A DNA stretch of 64,000 nt from PVC group bacterium (lineage in GTDB: Bacteria; Omnitrophota; Gorgyraeia; B26-G9). The notes beneath the pieces were generated by a model. It was not told the origin of the DNA. It did no database searches and saw only the letters and a program-made list of their open reading frames with translations. Both the position numbers and the translations under genes were made by a program. This document shows, piece after piece, positions 8,893 to 18,977 of the stretch; position 1 is the stretch's first letter, and every line of letters starts with the position of its first letter. The DNA is taken from positions 363,724 to 427,723 of the forward strand of contig JAAEQR010000195.1 of NCBI GenBank assembly GCA_024231215.1, read 5' to 3'.

Positions 8893-9919
8893 ATACTTTC
8901 TTTTTCTTTCGCTTTCGTGGCATGTTGGAAGCCATTTCTACAGCTACACGGATAGCTTCTTTCATCGCACTAGGATCAGCTTGGCCTTTGCCGGCAATAT
9001 CAAAAGCAGTGCCGTGGTCAGGCGAAGTGCGTACAAAAGGCAAGCCTAATGTAACATTTACTCCCTTGTCAAAATAGAGGGTTTTAAAAGGAATGCAAGC
9101 CTGGTCATGATACATTGCGATTACTGCATCATATTGGCCTTCTTTTGCTTTCCAGAATAATGTGTCGGCAGGGATTGGACCTTCTACTTTTATTTTTTGC
9201 TGTCTTGCTTTGGCAATTGCCGGAATAATGTGCTCTTTTTCTTCTGTGCCAAACAACCCTTCTTCTGATGCATGGGGATTTAAGGCGCAAACCGCAATCT
9301 TAGGTCTTTTAATTTTAAAATGTGTATTCATGGCACGGTGGGTTTCAAAAATAGTATCTGCAACTGCTTTTTTGGTGATAACCCCAGGCACATTCTTAAG
9401 AGGAATATGTACGCTAACGAGTACAATACGCAGACTTTCGGCAATGAACATCATACGTACATAGCGAGAATTAAATCTTTGGGCTAAAAGTTGGGTGTGT
9501 CCTTGATATTTGTGTCCGGCCAGGTTCATGGATTCTTTACTGATCGGTGCGGTAACTAATCCGTTAAGGTCGTTTTTAGATCTAAGGAGTAGGCAGGCCA
9601 TATTGATATATTCGTAAGCTGCTTTCCCGCAACGTTTATCAACTTTCCCGTAGGGAATGGTAAAGTTAACATTTCCCAGATTTACAAAGTTTATTAATTC
9701 GTCAGTTAAATGCAAACGTCCGATATCGGAAAGGATATGATAATTAAAAGATATTCCGATTTGTCTCTGGGTATGGACTAATGTCGCATAATCGCCGATA
9801 AGCAAAAAGGTAGCAGATGAACGCAGTTTTTTATCCTTTAATGCTCTTAAAGTTATTTCTGTTCCGATTCCGGCTGGATCTCCCAGGGTAATGCCAATTC
9901 TAGGTTTTTTCTTCATCAT
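8864..9919 (-). CDS. pdxA: 4-hydroxythreonine-4-phosphate dehydrogenase
   Basis: GITLGDPAGIG N-terminus; conserved surA-pdxA-rsmA order. Confidence 0.85.
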   Translation of the reverse strand: MMKKKPRIGITLGDPAGIGTEITLRALKDKKLRSSATFLLIGDYATLVHTQRQIGISFNYHILSDIGRLHLTDELINFVNLGNVNFTIPYGKVDKRCGKAAYEYINMACLLLRSKNDLNGLVTAPISKESMNLAGHKYQGHTQLLAQRFNSRYVRMMFIAESLRIVLVSVHIPLKNVPGVITKKAVADTIFETHRAMNTHFKIKRPKIAVCALNPHASEEGLFGTEEKEHIIPAIAKARQQKIKVEGPIPADTLFWKAKEGQYDAVIAMYHDQACIPFKTLYFDKGVNVTLGLPFVRTSPDHGTAFDIAGKGQADPSAMKEAIRVAVEMASNMPRKRKKKKVYVPTASRSR

Positions 9920-10883
9920 CTTTTACCTCGATTAGTGTAGATTCTTTTAATTCATTTATCCAAATTTCCAGTTTCTTTTTGGATTTTTCTTGATAGATAG
10001 CGCGGCGGATTTCATCCTGAACATCTTCTACAGGAGGAATCATAGCTTCTTTTTTTTCTTCAACTTTAAAAAGATAATATCCGGATGCGGTTTTTATCGG
10101 TGCGGTAAAACCTCCGACTTCAAGTGCGAAAGTTGCATCTTCAATCTCTTTGCGCATACTGCCGCGTTTCATGTATCCCATATCTCCGGCATCGACTACA
10201 TTCGGTGCTTCAGAATACTTTTCTACAAGTTCTACGAATTCAGCGCCTGATTTTAATTGCTCGTGGATATCATTTGTTTTTTTAATTATATCTTCCTCAT
10301 TTTCTTCGCTGGCTTGGATAAATATATTTCTTAGTTTTACCTGTGCAGGTATTTCTAGTTCTTGTTTGTGCTCTTCGTAATGGGCAGCGATTTCACTGGG
10401 AGAGATAATAATTTTGCTAAATATTTCTCTTTGTACGATTTTTTTTATGAGTAACTGTTCTTTGTAGCGTTTTCTTAAGTCGTGCAGAGTGACGTTTTGA
10501 TTTTCAAGAACCTTGAAAAATTCCTCTTCCGACTGAAAATTATTTTTTAATTTATCTATTAATGAGTCTATTTCTTTTTCGTCTACTTCTAGTTCTTGTT
10601 TAATAGCTTTTTGCAGGAGAAGTTTGTCTTCAATAAGCTGATTTAAGATATCTTTCTTGGCAATTTCCAGTTTCTTTTTTAATTCCTCTCCTTGATAGGT
10701 GCTTTTATATTGAATATAGATAGGCGCGAGTATTTCATCTACGTCGGTCTGAGTTATTGCGTCGCCGTTGACTACCGCAAGTATTTTTTCAGTAAATTGC
10801 GCGGTTACGGGAAATTGATAGATTAATAGCCCTAAAATACTAATAATAATGGTTAAAAATAAAAGATGAAGTGCTTTTTTCAT
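9900..10883 (-). CDS. surA: SurA-like periplasmic chaperone / parvulin PPIase
   Basis: signal peptide, SurA_N-like helical region, PpiC domain (GDMGYMKRGSM). Confidence 0.75.
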   Translation of the reverse strand: MKKALHLLFLTIIISILGLLIYQFPVTAQFTEKILAVVNGDAITQTDVDEILAPIYIQYKSTYQGEELKKKLEIAKKDILNQLIEDKLLLQKAIKQELEVDEKEIDSLIDKLKNNFQSEEEFFKVLENQNVTLHDLRKRYKEQLLIKKIVQREIFSKIIISPSEIAAHYEEHKQELEIPAQVKLRNIFIQASEENEEDIIKKTNDIHEQLKSGAEFVELVEKYSEAPNVVDAGDMGYMKRGSMRKEIEDATFALEVGGFTAPIKTASGYYLFKVEEKKEAMIPPVEDVQDEIRRAIYQEKSKKKLEIWINELKESTLIEVKDDEEKT

Positions 10884-10992
10884 TATATCCTCTTAAAGTT
10901 GTACGAACTCAAATTATATCATAGTATTCGACGGAGTACAAGGGGGTTAAATTTTGTGTTTTTTAAAACCCGGATTATGTATTAGCCGCGGC

Positions 10993-12858
10993 CTAATGCA
11001 TGGTTCGGGTTAATCCGTCAATAGCGTGGTTTAGGAGTTGGCAGTAGAAATCAAACCCTACAGCCATAATATATCCGTGTTGTTCTTCTCCTAAGAGGTT
11101 GCCTGCGCCGCGTATTTCCAGGTCTTCCATGGCAATTTTGAAGCCGGATCCTAAAGCAGTGAATTTACGGATTGAATGCAGCCTTCTTTGGGCTTCGGGA
11201 TTGAAGGTTGCGTGTTTGGGCGTGAGAAAGTAAGCATAGGCTTTACGGTCAAAGCGGCCGACTCTGCCGCGTAGTTGGTATAGATCAGCTAGGCCGAAAT
11301 TTTCCGCATGGTTTACAATAAGAGTATTGGCGTTGGGGATATCCAGCCCGGATTCTACGATTGTTGTAGATATGAGAATATCGATTTTGTGTTCAATAAA
11401 ATCAATCATTACCTTTTCCAGGTTTTTTTCATTCATACGGCCATGACCAATAGCAATTCGGGCTTGCGGTACCATGCGCTTAACTTTTTTATATATTTTG
11501 TCTATATCTTTAATTCGATTATGGATAAAAAAGACTTGTCCTTTTCGATCTAGTTCGTTTTCTAATGCGTGTTTGACCAATTCTTCATCGTATACACAGA
11601 CAAAAGTTTCAATGGGCATTCTTTTTTCCGGAGGAGTGTTTATAGTGGACATATCTTTAACTCCCAAAAGGGACATGTATAATGTGCGGGGGATTGGTGT
11701 AGCTGTGAGTGTGAGTACGTCGACAAGAGATCGTAAGGATTTTAATTGTTCTTTTGCCCGCACTCCGAAGCGCTGTTCTTCGTCAATTATGATTAGCCCT
11801 AAATTTTTAAATTGTACGTCTTTAGATAAGAGTCGATGTGTTCCGATCACGATATCTACTGTTCCCTTAAAGAGTTCTTTTACAATCAGATCCTGTTCAG
11901 ATGCTTTTTTGAAACGGCTGAGCATTTGTACATTTATTGGGAAATCTTTAACGCGTTTACTGAAATTGTGATAGTGTTGTTCAGTTAGAATAGTTGTAGG
12001 AACGAGCATAGCGACTTGTTTGTTATCAAGGATTGCTTTGAATGCAGCGCGAAAAGCAACCTCTGTTTTTCCGTAACCAACATCTCCGCAAAGTAAACGG
12101 TCCATGGGTTTTGTTGCTTCCATATCCTGTTTTACGGCTTTTACAGCTTTTTCCTGATCGGGGGTTTCCTGATAAGGGAATTTTTTCTCAAAATCTTTTT
12201 GCCAGTCAACGTCTTTGGAAAAAGCGAATCCGGAAAGAGAAGCGCGTTGTGCTTGAAGTTTTAAAAGTTCTAAAGCAAAACTGGTTATGCCTTTTTGTGT
12301 TTTTGTTTTTGTATTCTGCCATATCTTTCCGCCTAGTTTATGTAGGCGAGGGGAGTGCCCGCTAAAACCGATATATTTTTGCAGGAGATTTTTTTGGGCA
12401 AGCGGAATGTATAGTTTGTCTCCTTCGGCATATTCGAGTTTTAAATGTATTCTATTTTTTATTTTCTCTGTGCCTAAGTATTTGCCAATACCGTGATCGA
12501 GGTGAACAATAAGATCGCCTCTGTGCAATTCTTCAAATTTGTTTATACTTATACGTTGTGCATTTACGGATGCAGAAAGTGTTTTGCAGGGTAAAATAAT
12601 AAGCGGGTTTTGTTCGTTTTGAATTTTTCCGCTGGTGATTAGATAAGTGGCTATTTTTTTGATTGTATCGAATTCGGTTTCAATGCGTGCGGGATTTTCG
12701 TAATTGACGGGATAGATATCAAGTATTTCTCCGCGTCTGGCAAATTCGCCTTTTTGAGAGATGCGTTCTACCCGTTCATAGCCAAATGACAAAAGTTCGC
12801 CAGAAAACTTTTCGGGATCAATTTTTTGTCGGGGATAGAGTTTTAGGGTTTTGAACAT
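10993..12858 (-). CDS. mfd: Mfd-like transcription-repair coupling factor, shortened (621 aa; lacks most N-terminal UvrB-homology module and the C-terminal D7)
   Basis: CarD/TRCF RNAP-interacting motif LIVHLDHGIGKYLG, SF2 helicase motifs (GDVGYGKTEVA, DEEQRFGV, TATPIPRT), TRG-like region; fhs lies directly upstream so no room for a full N-terminus. Confidence 0.7.
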   Translation of the reverse strand: MFKTLKLYPRQKIDPEKFSGELLSFGYERVERISQKGEFARRGEILDIYPVNYENPARIETEFDTIKKIATYLITSGKIQNEQNPLIILPCKTLSASVNAQRISINKFEELHRGDLIVHLDHGIGKYLGTEKIKNRIHLKLEYAEGDKLYIPLAQKNLLQKYIGFSGHSPRLHKLGGKIWQNTKTKTQKGITSFALELLKLQAQRASLSGFAFSKDVDWQKDFEKKFPYQETPDQEKAVKAVKQDMEATKPMDRLLCGDVGYGKTEVAFRAAFKAILDNKQVAMLVPTTILTEQHYHNFSKRVKDFPINVQMLSRFKKASEQDLIVKELFKGTVDIVIGTHRLLSKDVQFKNLGLIIIDEEQRFGVRAKEQLKSLRSLVDVLTLTATPIPRTLYMSLLGVKDMSTINTPPEKRMPIETFVCVYDEELVKHALENELDRKGQVFFIHNRIKDIDKIYKKVKRMVPQARIAIGHGRMNEKNLEKVMIDFIEHKIDILISTTIVESGLDIPNANTLIVNHAENFGLADLYQLRGRVGRFDRKAYAYFLTPKHATFNPEAQRRLHSIRKFTALGSGFKIAMEDLEIRGAGNLLGEEQHGYIMAVGFDFYCQLLNHAIDGLTRTMH

Positions 12859-12950
12859 TTTTTCAATTTAAACGATCGTAGGGGCGCCGCTTGCCTGCGC
12901 CTGAGACAATGCTATGTAGATGATTTGGCATTATCAATATTATTATATGT

Positions 12951-14645
12951 TTAGAATAATCCGCGAACTTTTCCATTTTCATCGATATCTACATTTGTAC
13001 CGCACGGGGTTGAAGGGAGTCCGGGCATAGTACGCATTTTCCCACACAAAGGATATATAAACCCGGCACCGACTGATGCGCGGATATCTTCTATCGGCAA
13101 AATAAAATCTTTGGGTGTGCCTTTTAATGCAGGGTCATGTGAAAGAGAAAGATGTGTTTTAGCCATGCAGATTGGCAGTTTGTCAAATCCGAGTTCGGTA
13201 TATTGTTTTATTTTTTTCTGGGCGGCAGGATGATACTTTACTGCTTTAGCTCCATATATTTTCTGAGCTATGATTTCTATTTTTTCTTGTATGGAAAGAT
13301 CTAGAGGATAGAGGAACTCAAAATTGTTTGGTTTATCTGCGGCTTTGCTCACTGCTTCGGCCAACTCTTTGGTTCCTTCTCCGCCTTTTGCATGAGCTAA
13401 ACTTACGACTGCATCTTCAGCTCCGTATTCTACTGCCTTACGTTTTATAATTTCAAGTTCCTGATCAGTGTCTGTGGCAAAACGATTGATTGCTACAACA
13501 ACCGGGACTTTAAACATAAGGATATTTTCGATTTGTTTTTTTAAATTGCAGCAGCCTTCTTCTACGGCTTGAAGGTGTTCTTGTTTGAGAGCTTCATCCA
13601 TGGGTTTTCCAGCGACAACTTTAAATCTTCCGCTGTGCATTTTTAGGGCACGGACTGAGCAAACTAAGACAACGCAATCCGGCGTAAGTCCACTGTAACG
13701 GCATTTTATATTCATGAATTTCTCGGCACCGCAGTCAGCTCCGAATCCACTTTCGGTTACAACGTAGTCGGCAAGTTTTAAGGCTGTTTTATCAGCAAGG
13801 ATAGAGCTGTTGCCGTGTGCGATATTACCGAACGGACCGGTGTGTACAAAACAGGGAGTATGTTCTGTGGTTTGGATAAGATTTGGTTTTATAGCGTCTT
13901 TTAATAGTACTGCCATAGAACCGGCTACTTTAATATCTTCCGGGGTGATTGGTTTGCCGTCATAGGTAGTGCCTAAAAATATTTTACCTAAGCGTTCCCG
14001 AAGGTCTTTTAAAGTTGTGGTCAAAGCCAGAATGGCCATGACTTCACTAGCTTCGGTAATATCAAATCCTGTTTGGCGCAGGAATCCGTTTGCCGGTCCC
14101 CCTAGGCCGATTATTACATTTCTTAAGAATCTGTCGCTTACGTCTATGACTCTACGCCAGTTGATGCTTTGCGGATCGATATCTAAAAGATTATCTTTTA
14201 GAATATGATTGTCTAAAAACGCTGCGCATAAATTGTGTGCCATACCTATAGCATGTACATCTCCGGTGAGGTGAAGATTGAAATCTTCCATGGGTATTAC
14301 CTGAGAATAGCCGCCGCCGGCAGCACCGCCTTTGATTCCAAATACAGGTCCCAGGGATGGTTGGCGGATACAGCAAATTGCTTTCTTACCAATTTTATTT
14401 AATCCTAAGGAAAGACCGATAGTATTGAGTGTTTTTCCTTCTCCTAAAGGCGTGGGGGTGATTGCCGTGACATCAATGTATTTACCGTTAGGTTTATCCT
14501 GAAGCCGTTCTAAAACATTTAAAGATATCTTTGCTTTATAATGTCCGTATAATTCCAGCTCATCTTCATTAATGCCGATTGATGAAGCAACTTTAGTTAT
14601 CGGAACCGGCTGTATTGATTGGGCTATTTCAAGGTCACTGCGCAT
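12951..14645 (-). CDS. fhs: formate--tetrahydrofolate ligase
   Basis: PTPLGEGKT signature, about 560 aa. Confidence 0.92.
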   Translation of the reverse strand: MRSDLEIAQSIQPVPITKVASSIGINEDELELYGHYKAKISLNVLERLQDKPNGKYIDVTAITPTPLGEGKTLNTIGLSLGLNKIGKKAICCIRQPSLGPVFGIKGGAAGGGYSQVIPMEDFNLHLTGDVHAIGMAHNLCAAFLDNHILKDNLLDIDPQSINWRRVIDVSDRFLRNVIIGLGGPANGFLRQTGFDITEASEVMAILALTTTLKDLRERLGKIFLGTTYDGKPITPEDIKVAGSMAVLLKDAIKPNLIQTTEHTPCFVHTGPFGNIAHGNSSILADKTALKLADYVVTESGFGADCGAEKFMNIKCRYSGLTPDCVVLVCSVRALKMHSGRFKVVAGKPMDEALKQEHLQAVEEGCCNLKKQIENILMFKVPVVVAINRFATDTDQELEIIKRKAVEYGAEDAVVSLAHAKGGEGTKELAEAVSKAADKPNNFEFLYPLDLSIQEKIEIIAQKIYGAKAVKYHPAAQKKIKQYTELGFDKLPICMAKTHLSLSHDPALKGTPKDFILPIEDIRASVGAGFIYPLCGKMRTMPGLPSTPCGTNVDIDENGKVRGLF

Positions 14646-14850
14646 AGTATTTCCTCCACGTTATATTCCATTATAATGAGATAGGATCCAAAACACTTAA
14701 CATCATTATAGATATAGAGATAAGTACTGTCAAGCGGATTCGAAAAGGACTTACGATATATTGTATCATTTTTTGCAAAATAATATAAATATGGTATACT
14801 TTAATGTTTTTAATTAGAGATATTAAGATATATGTAATTAACTGGAAATA

Positions 14851-16233
14851 ATGAAGATAACAAAAGATAAAAAAATATCTAGAATAATTGTACTTATCCT
14901 GATCTATGTTTTATTTTTAGGAGAGGGGGGTGTGCTTTTAGCAAATACGCTGGGCCGGCAAAGTGATACGTTGTCACCCCGGAGTAGTGTTACTGCGCTT
15001 TTCTTGCAAAAAACTTTTCTGAAAAAATCTTTGGTAGTAAGTAATACACACACGTATGTTGAAGTAGAAGAAACTGAAAGAACGCAAATATATAATCAGA
15101 TAGCAAGGCAATGGAATAATAATAGAGAAAAAAGATTGAAACGTTTTTTGCGTAAGTATAATGCTTCTGCGAATAGCCGAGCATCGCATATTAATTTTGC
15201 AGGTGAGAGTACAGGGATATCGTTTGAGTATGGGTTCAGAGAGGCAAGGGTTTTTCATCATGGTTTGTTTAAAGATGAAGAAGGCGGTTTCTGGATTCTG
15301 AAGAAAAAGGTAAAAGTTGTAGATGATGACGATGAGGATGACTTTATAGAGATGAGAAGATATAGGCAGAAAAACTTTTCTCCGCGAGAACGTTTGGCAT
15401 ATTTGATTGCCAAAGATAGGGCAAATTTTACAGAGATCAGACTTTTGAATTTTAAAGAAGCTTCTGCTATGGGAATTACGGAACAAGATAAAGATAAGTA
15501 CTACCTGACTAGAGTTACAACCAGGAAAGATGTAAGGGCTGAAAAAGTGGCGCATAAAGATATTAAACAGGCATTTTCATCTCTTTTTGTTGCATATATA
15601 TTCTTAAGAAAGATTGATCCATTTCATGGAAATGTTGTTTATGCTGATAATCTTCCGGTAGCAATAGATCATGATGAGATCCTTAGATATGATCTGTTTT
15701 TTAATAAGAAAGATGGCTTTAATGGATTCGCGACATTGTTTATGTCACATTTCTTTTTTCGTTCATTACCGATAGCTCCTTATGAGGAGTATAGACGGAA
15801 TAATAATCTTAAATTTGAATGTAAACTCAGAAAAATTAATGAGGTTATTGATGAGGATAATTATAGTAAAGCATGTGGAATGATTCGCAAAGTTATAGAA
15901 GAGTTTGGGCTATCAGAAGCTTTCATGGTATCAGAAAACTTGGATGAGGAATATATCCGGCAGAGCATATTGGAATTTAAACAAACAAAAAATGCTCGTA
16001 AGTTAGCCAAGCAGGCAGGGTATAAACGAAAGAAGGCACTTGATTCTGCGGTGAGAATGATTGAAAGCAATAAGGATACATTAGGCAGAGACGTGAATGA
16101 AGTGCTTAAACTTATGACAGGAGAAGATTACGGATTGGATAAATTAGATGTTAGCTCTAGGAAAAAAACACGCGGTTTAAAAATTAATAAAGGAAATATT
16201 AATCTTGAAAATATAGTCGGGATGGCGATATAA
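14851..16233 (+). CDS. membrane-anchored hypothetical protein with atypical-kinase-like motifs
   Basis: N-terminal TM/signal; GLFKDEEGGFWILKKK (glycine-loop/Lys-like), IDPFHGNVVYADN (catalytic-loop-like) and AIDHDE (DFG-like Asp), reminiscent of PI4K type II; hypothesis only. Confidence 0.45.
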   Translation: MKITKDKKISRIIVLILIYVLFLGEGGVLLANTLGRQSDTLSPRSSVTALFLQKTFLKKSLVVSNTHTYVEVEETERTQIYNQIARQWNNNREKRLKRFLRKYNASANSRASHINFAGESTGISFEYGFREARVFHHGLFKDEEGGFWILKKKVKVVDDDDEDDFIEMRRYRQKNFSPRERLAYLIAKDRANFTEIRLLNFKEASAMGITEQDKDKYYLTRVTTRKDVRAEKVAHKDIKQAFSSLFVAYIFLRKIDPFHGNVVYADNLPVAIDHDEILRYDLFFNKKDGFNGFATLFMSHFFFRSLPIAPYEEYRRNNNLKFECKLRKINEVIDEDNYSKACGMIRKVIEEFGLSEAFMVSENLDEEYIRQSILEFKQTKNARKLAKQAGYKRKKALDSAVRMIESNKDTLGRDVNEVLKLMTGEDYGLDKLDVSSRKKTRGLKINKGNINLENIVGMAI

Positions 16234-16266
16234 TAGATTTTGTATTTAACTTATAGGGAGGGAAAG

Positions 16267-16818
16267 ATGAAAGTTGATGGCAAAATCTTGAAAATTTTAT
16301 TTTTGGCAGTATTTTGTATTGCGGTGAGTTCTTTTACGGTATATGCTTTAGAATTAACCAGCCCGGTATTTAAGGATGGGGAATATATTCCCCATGAATA
16401 TACCGGAGAAGGTCCGGATTTGTCTCCGGAACTTGCCTGGAAAGGGGTGCCGAAGGGGACAAAGAGTTTTGCGCTTATCTGCGATGATCCGGATGCCCCG
16501 GTAGGTAATTGGGTGCACTGGGTAGTTTATAATATCCCAGCTGATGTAAAGTCTTTGGATCGAGCTGTGCCGGAACTTGAGGTTTTTGAAGAAAGCGGGA
16601 TGAAGCAGGGACTTAATGATTTTCAAAATATCGGCTATGGCGGACCAATGCCTCCTCGTGGAAATCCACATCGGTATTTCTTTAAACTGTATGCGCTTGA
16701 TGTAGTGCTGGAACTTGATCCGGGGCTGATGAAAGAAGCACTTCTTAAGGCCATGGAAGGACATGTGTTAGAAGAAACAATGCTTATGGGTATGTATAAA
16801 CGTTGGGAAGAGAGATAA
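16267..16818 (+). CDS. PEBP/YbhB/YbcL-family (Raf kinase inhibitor-like) secreted protein
   Basis: signal peptide; CDDPDAPVGNWVHWVVYNIPA and GYGGPMPPRGNPHRYFFKLYALD PEBP motifs; start at ATG 16267 after GGGAGGG. Confidence 0.85.
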   Translation: MKVDGKILKILFLAVFCIAVSSFTVYALELTSPVFKDGEYIPHEYTGEGPDLSPELAWKGVPKGTKSFALICDDPDAPVGNWVHWVVYNIPADVKSLDRAVPELEVFEESGMKQGLNDFQNIGYGGPMPPRGNPHRYFFKLYALDVVLELDPGLMKEALLKAMEGHVLEETMLMGMYKRWEER

Positions 16819-16835
16819 ATTTTTTCTTTTTTCTC

Positions 16836-16864
16836 TTGACATAATATGGTTCTCATGCTATATT
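16836..16864 (+). promoter_or_regulatory. sigma70-like promoter for rplM-rpsI
   Basis: TTGACA (16836-16841), 17-nt spacer, TATATT (16859-16864). Confidence 0.5.
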
Positions 16865-16915
16865 TCTATTCTTACAAATGTTGATTTGAAATTACTTTAA
16901 AGAGAAAAGCGAAAA

Positions 16916-17347
16916 ATGAAAAAAACATTTATTCAGAAGCCAAAAGATGTAGTACGCAAATGGTATCTTGTTGATGCCGACGGAAAAATACTCGGTCGAT
17001 TAGCGACTAAAATTGCTATGATTCTCCGTGGCAAAACTAAGCCGGAATTCACTCCACATGTGGATATGGGAGATGAGGTTGTGGTGATTAACGCAGCAAA
17101 GATACGAGTGACCGGTAAAAAATTAAAAGATAAAAAATATCAGAGCTACAGCGGATATCCGAGTGGTCAGAAAGAAGTTAATTTAGAAGTAATGCTGGCT
17201 AAAAAACCGGAAGATGTGATTCGTTTGGCAGTTAGAGGTATGCTGCCGCATAATGCTTTAGGTAGAAAAATGTTAAAACACCTGAAGGTTTATGCTCAGA
17301 ATGAGCATCCGCATAGTGCGCAAAAAACAGAAGAACTTAAGGTATAA
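16916..17347 (+). CDS. rplM: 50S ribosomal protein L13
   Basis: conserved L13 N-terminus [16 protein letters not shown]. Confidence 0.95.
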   Translation: MKKTFIQKPKDVVRKWYLVDADGKILGRLATKIAMILRGKTKPEFTPHVDMGDEVVVINAAKIRVTGKKLKDKKYQSYSGYPSGQKEVNLEVMLAKKPEDVIRLAVRGMLPHNALGRKMLKHLKVYAQNEHPHSAQKTEELKV

Positions 17348-17356
17348 GGGAGGTAA

Positions 17357-17746
17357 TTGGTGCAGAAGTATACCGCTACAGGAAGAAGAAAAGAAGCTGT
17401 TGCCAGAGTAGCACTTAAGCCGGGCAGTGGAGAATTTGTAATTAATAAACGTACTCTAGAAAGCTATTTTCCGAGAGAAGTATTAAGAATGCTTATTAGA
17501 GAGCCGTTAATTCAGACTGATTCGTTGAAGAAATTAGATATATCTGCTAATGTACGCGGCGGTGGTGTAGCTGGCCAGGCAGGAGCTATTTGCCATGGTA
17601 TTGCCCGTGCTTTACTTAAATATGATGATACTTTAAGACCAATCTTGAAAAAAGGTCATTTTCTTACTAGAGATCCTCGAATGAAAGAGCGTAAAAAGCC
17701 CGGACAAAAGGGTGCACGTGCTCGCTTCCAGTGGACAAAGCGTTAA
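17357..17746 (+). CDS. rpsI: 30S ribosomal protein S9
   Basis: [11 protein letters not shown]...C-terminal RFQWTKR; TTG/GTG start. Confidence 0.95.
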   Translation: MVQKYTATGRRKEAVARVALKPGSGEFVINKRTLESYFPREVLRMLIREPLIQTDSLKKLDISANVRGGGVAGQAGAICHGIARALLKYDDTLRPILKKGHFLTRDPRMKERKKPGQKGARARFQWTKR

Positions 17747-17894
17747 GCTTACTCCTATTAAGACTTAAAGTCCTAATAAAATAATCTGCAGTTGAACTAT
17801 GTCCACAGCCATTTTATGAGCTAACTCATCCTATAGCATGTAGTTGCGTAACTTTTTGCCCATTCCGGCTATATTGTTCCCGTCGAAAAATATA

Positions 17895-17923
17895 TTGACG
17901 ATTGCTTATTTTTATTCTATAAT
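17895..17923 (+). promoter_or_regulatory. sigma70-like promoter upstream of argC
   Basis: TTGACG (17895-17900), 17-nt spacer, TATAAT (17918-17923); ATG at 17961. Confidence 0.5.
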
Positions 17924-17960
17924 AATCTTTTAATTATTATATTAAATAAGAGAGGATATT

Positions 17961-18977
17961 ATGTTAAAAGTTGCCATAATTGGAGCTACCGGATATGCCG
18001 GAGAAGAATTGATTCGGATTTTATTGCGACATCCAGATGCTGAAATTGTTCATTTAGTAGCAAAGATAGAACAGAGTTGCCCAATTAATGATATCTTCCC
18101 CTGGTTAAAAGGGTTGTTGGATGTAGAATGCAAAAATGAAATCAATGAGGAAGAAATTGCGAAAAATAGCGATATTATATTTTTAGCGCTTCCGCATCGA
18201 GTGTCTATGCAGATAGCACCGGATTTTTTAAAGCTGGGTAAAAGGGTTATTGATTTTAGTGCGGATTACCGATTGAAAGATGTAACTGAATATGAGAAAT
18301 GGTATGAAGTTTCTCATAATAGCCAGGAATTTGTTAAAGAAAGTGTATATGGGCTTTGTGAATTGCATCGAAAAGATATACAAAAAGCTCGTTTAATTGC
18401 TAATCCAGGATGTTTTCCGACCGGAGCGATACTGGCAACAGCACCGTTTTTAAAAGAGCAGCTGGTGGAACCGGATATTATCCTTGATGCTAAGACCGGT
18501 GTTAGTGGTGCAGGCAGGAAACCATCTACAGCTTTGCTTTTTTCAGAGGTGAACGAGAATTTTAAGGCATATAAGGTTTGTGATCATCAGCATTCCCCGG
18601 AGATATTGCAGGAATTACAGGCATTTTCTAAAGATAAGCTGTCGTTGATCTTTGTGCCGCATCTTGTACCTATGAACCGGGGGATATTGAGCACTTTGTA
18701 TATGAAGCTGAAAAAGAATATTTCTGTATTTGAAGCGGTTGATGTTGTGAAAAAGTTCTATCAGGATGAACCTTTTGTGCGAGTAAGGCCGGCGGATGTA
18801 TTTCCGGAAATTAAAGATGTGGTACATTCCAATTTTTGTGATATTGGGATTAAGATTGTAGATAAACAACTGATTGTGATTGCTGCAATTGATAATTTGG
18901 TTAAAGGAGCAGCTGGTCAGGCGGTACAGAATTTTAATATTATGTTTGGACTTGATGAAACATTAGGAATTATTTGA
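17961..18977 (+). CDS. argC: N-acetyl-gamma-glutamyl-phosphate reductase
   Basis: VAIIGATGYAGEEL Rossmann; active-site region ANPGCFPTG. Confidence 0.92.
   Translation: MLKVAIIGATGYAGEELIRILLRHPDAEIVHLVAKIEQSCPINDIFPWLKGLLDVECKNEINEEEIAKNSDIIFLALPHRVSMQIAPDFLKLGKRVIDFSADYRLKDVTEYEKWYEVSHNSQEFVKESVYGLCELHRKDIQKARLIANPGCFPTGAILATAPFLKEQLVEPDIILDAKTGVSGAGRKPSTALLFSEVNENFKAYKVCDHQHSPEILQELQAFSKDKLSLIFVPHLVPMNRGILSTLYMKLKKNISVFEAVDVVKKFYQDEPFVRVRPADVFPEIKDVVHSNFCDIGIKIVDKQLIVIAAIDNLVKGAAGQAVQNFNIMFGLDETLGII

Noticed and set aside
8087-9464. Plus-strand ORFs (84-106 aa) antisense to rsmA and pdxA
   Set aside because: Embedded in well-conserved minus-strand housekeeping genes. No motifs.
14851-16233. 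Calling the 460-aa protein a bona fide PI4-kinase
   Set aside because: The motif resemblance rests on memory of PI4KII signatures and short local matches. Spacing between the catalytic-loop-like and DFG-like motifs is shorter than in known kinases. I left it as a hypothesis.
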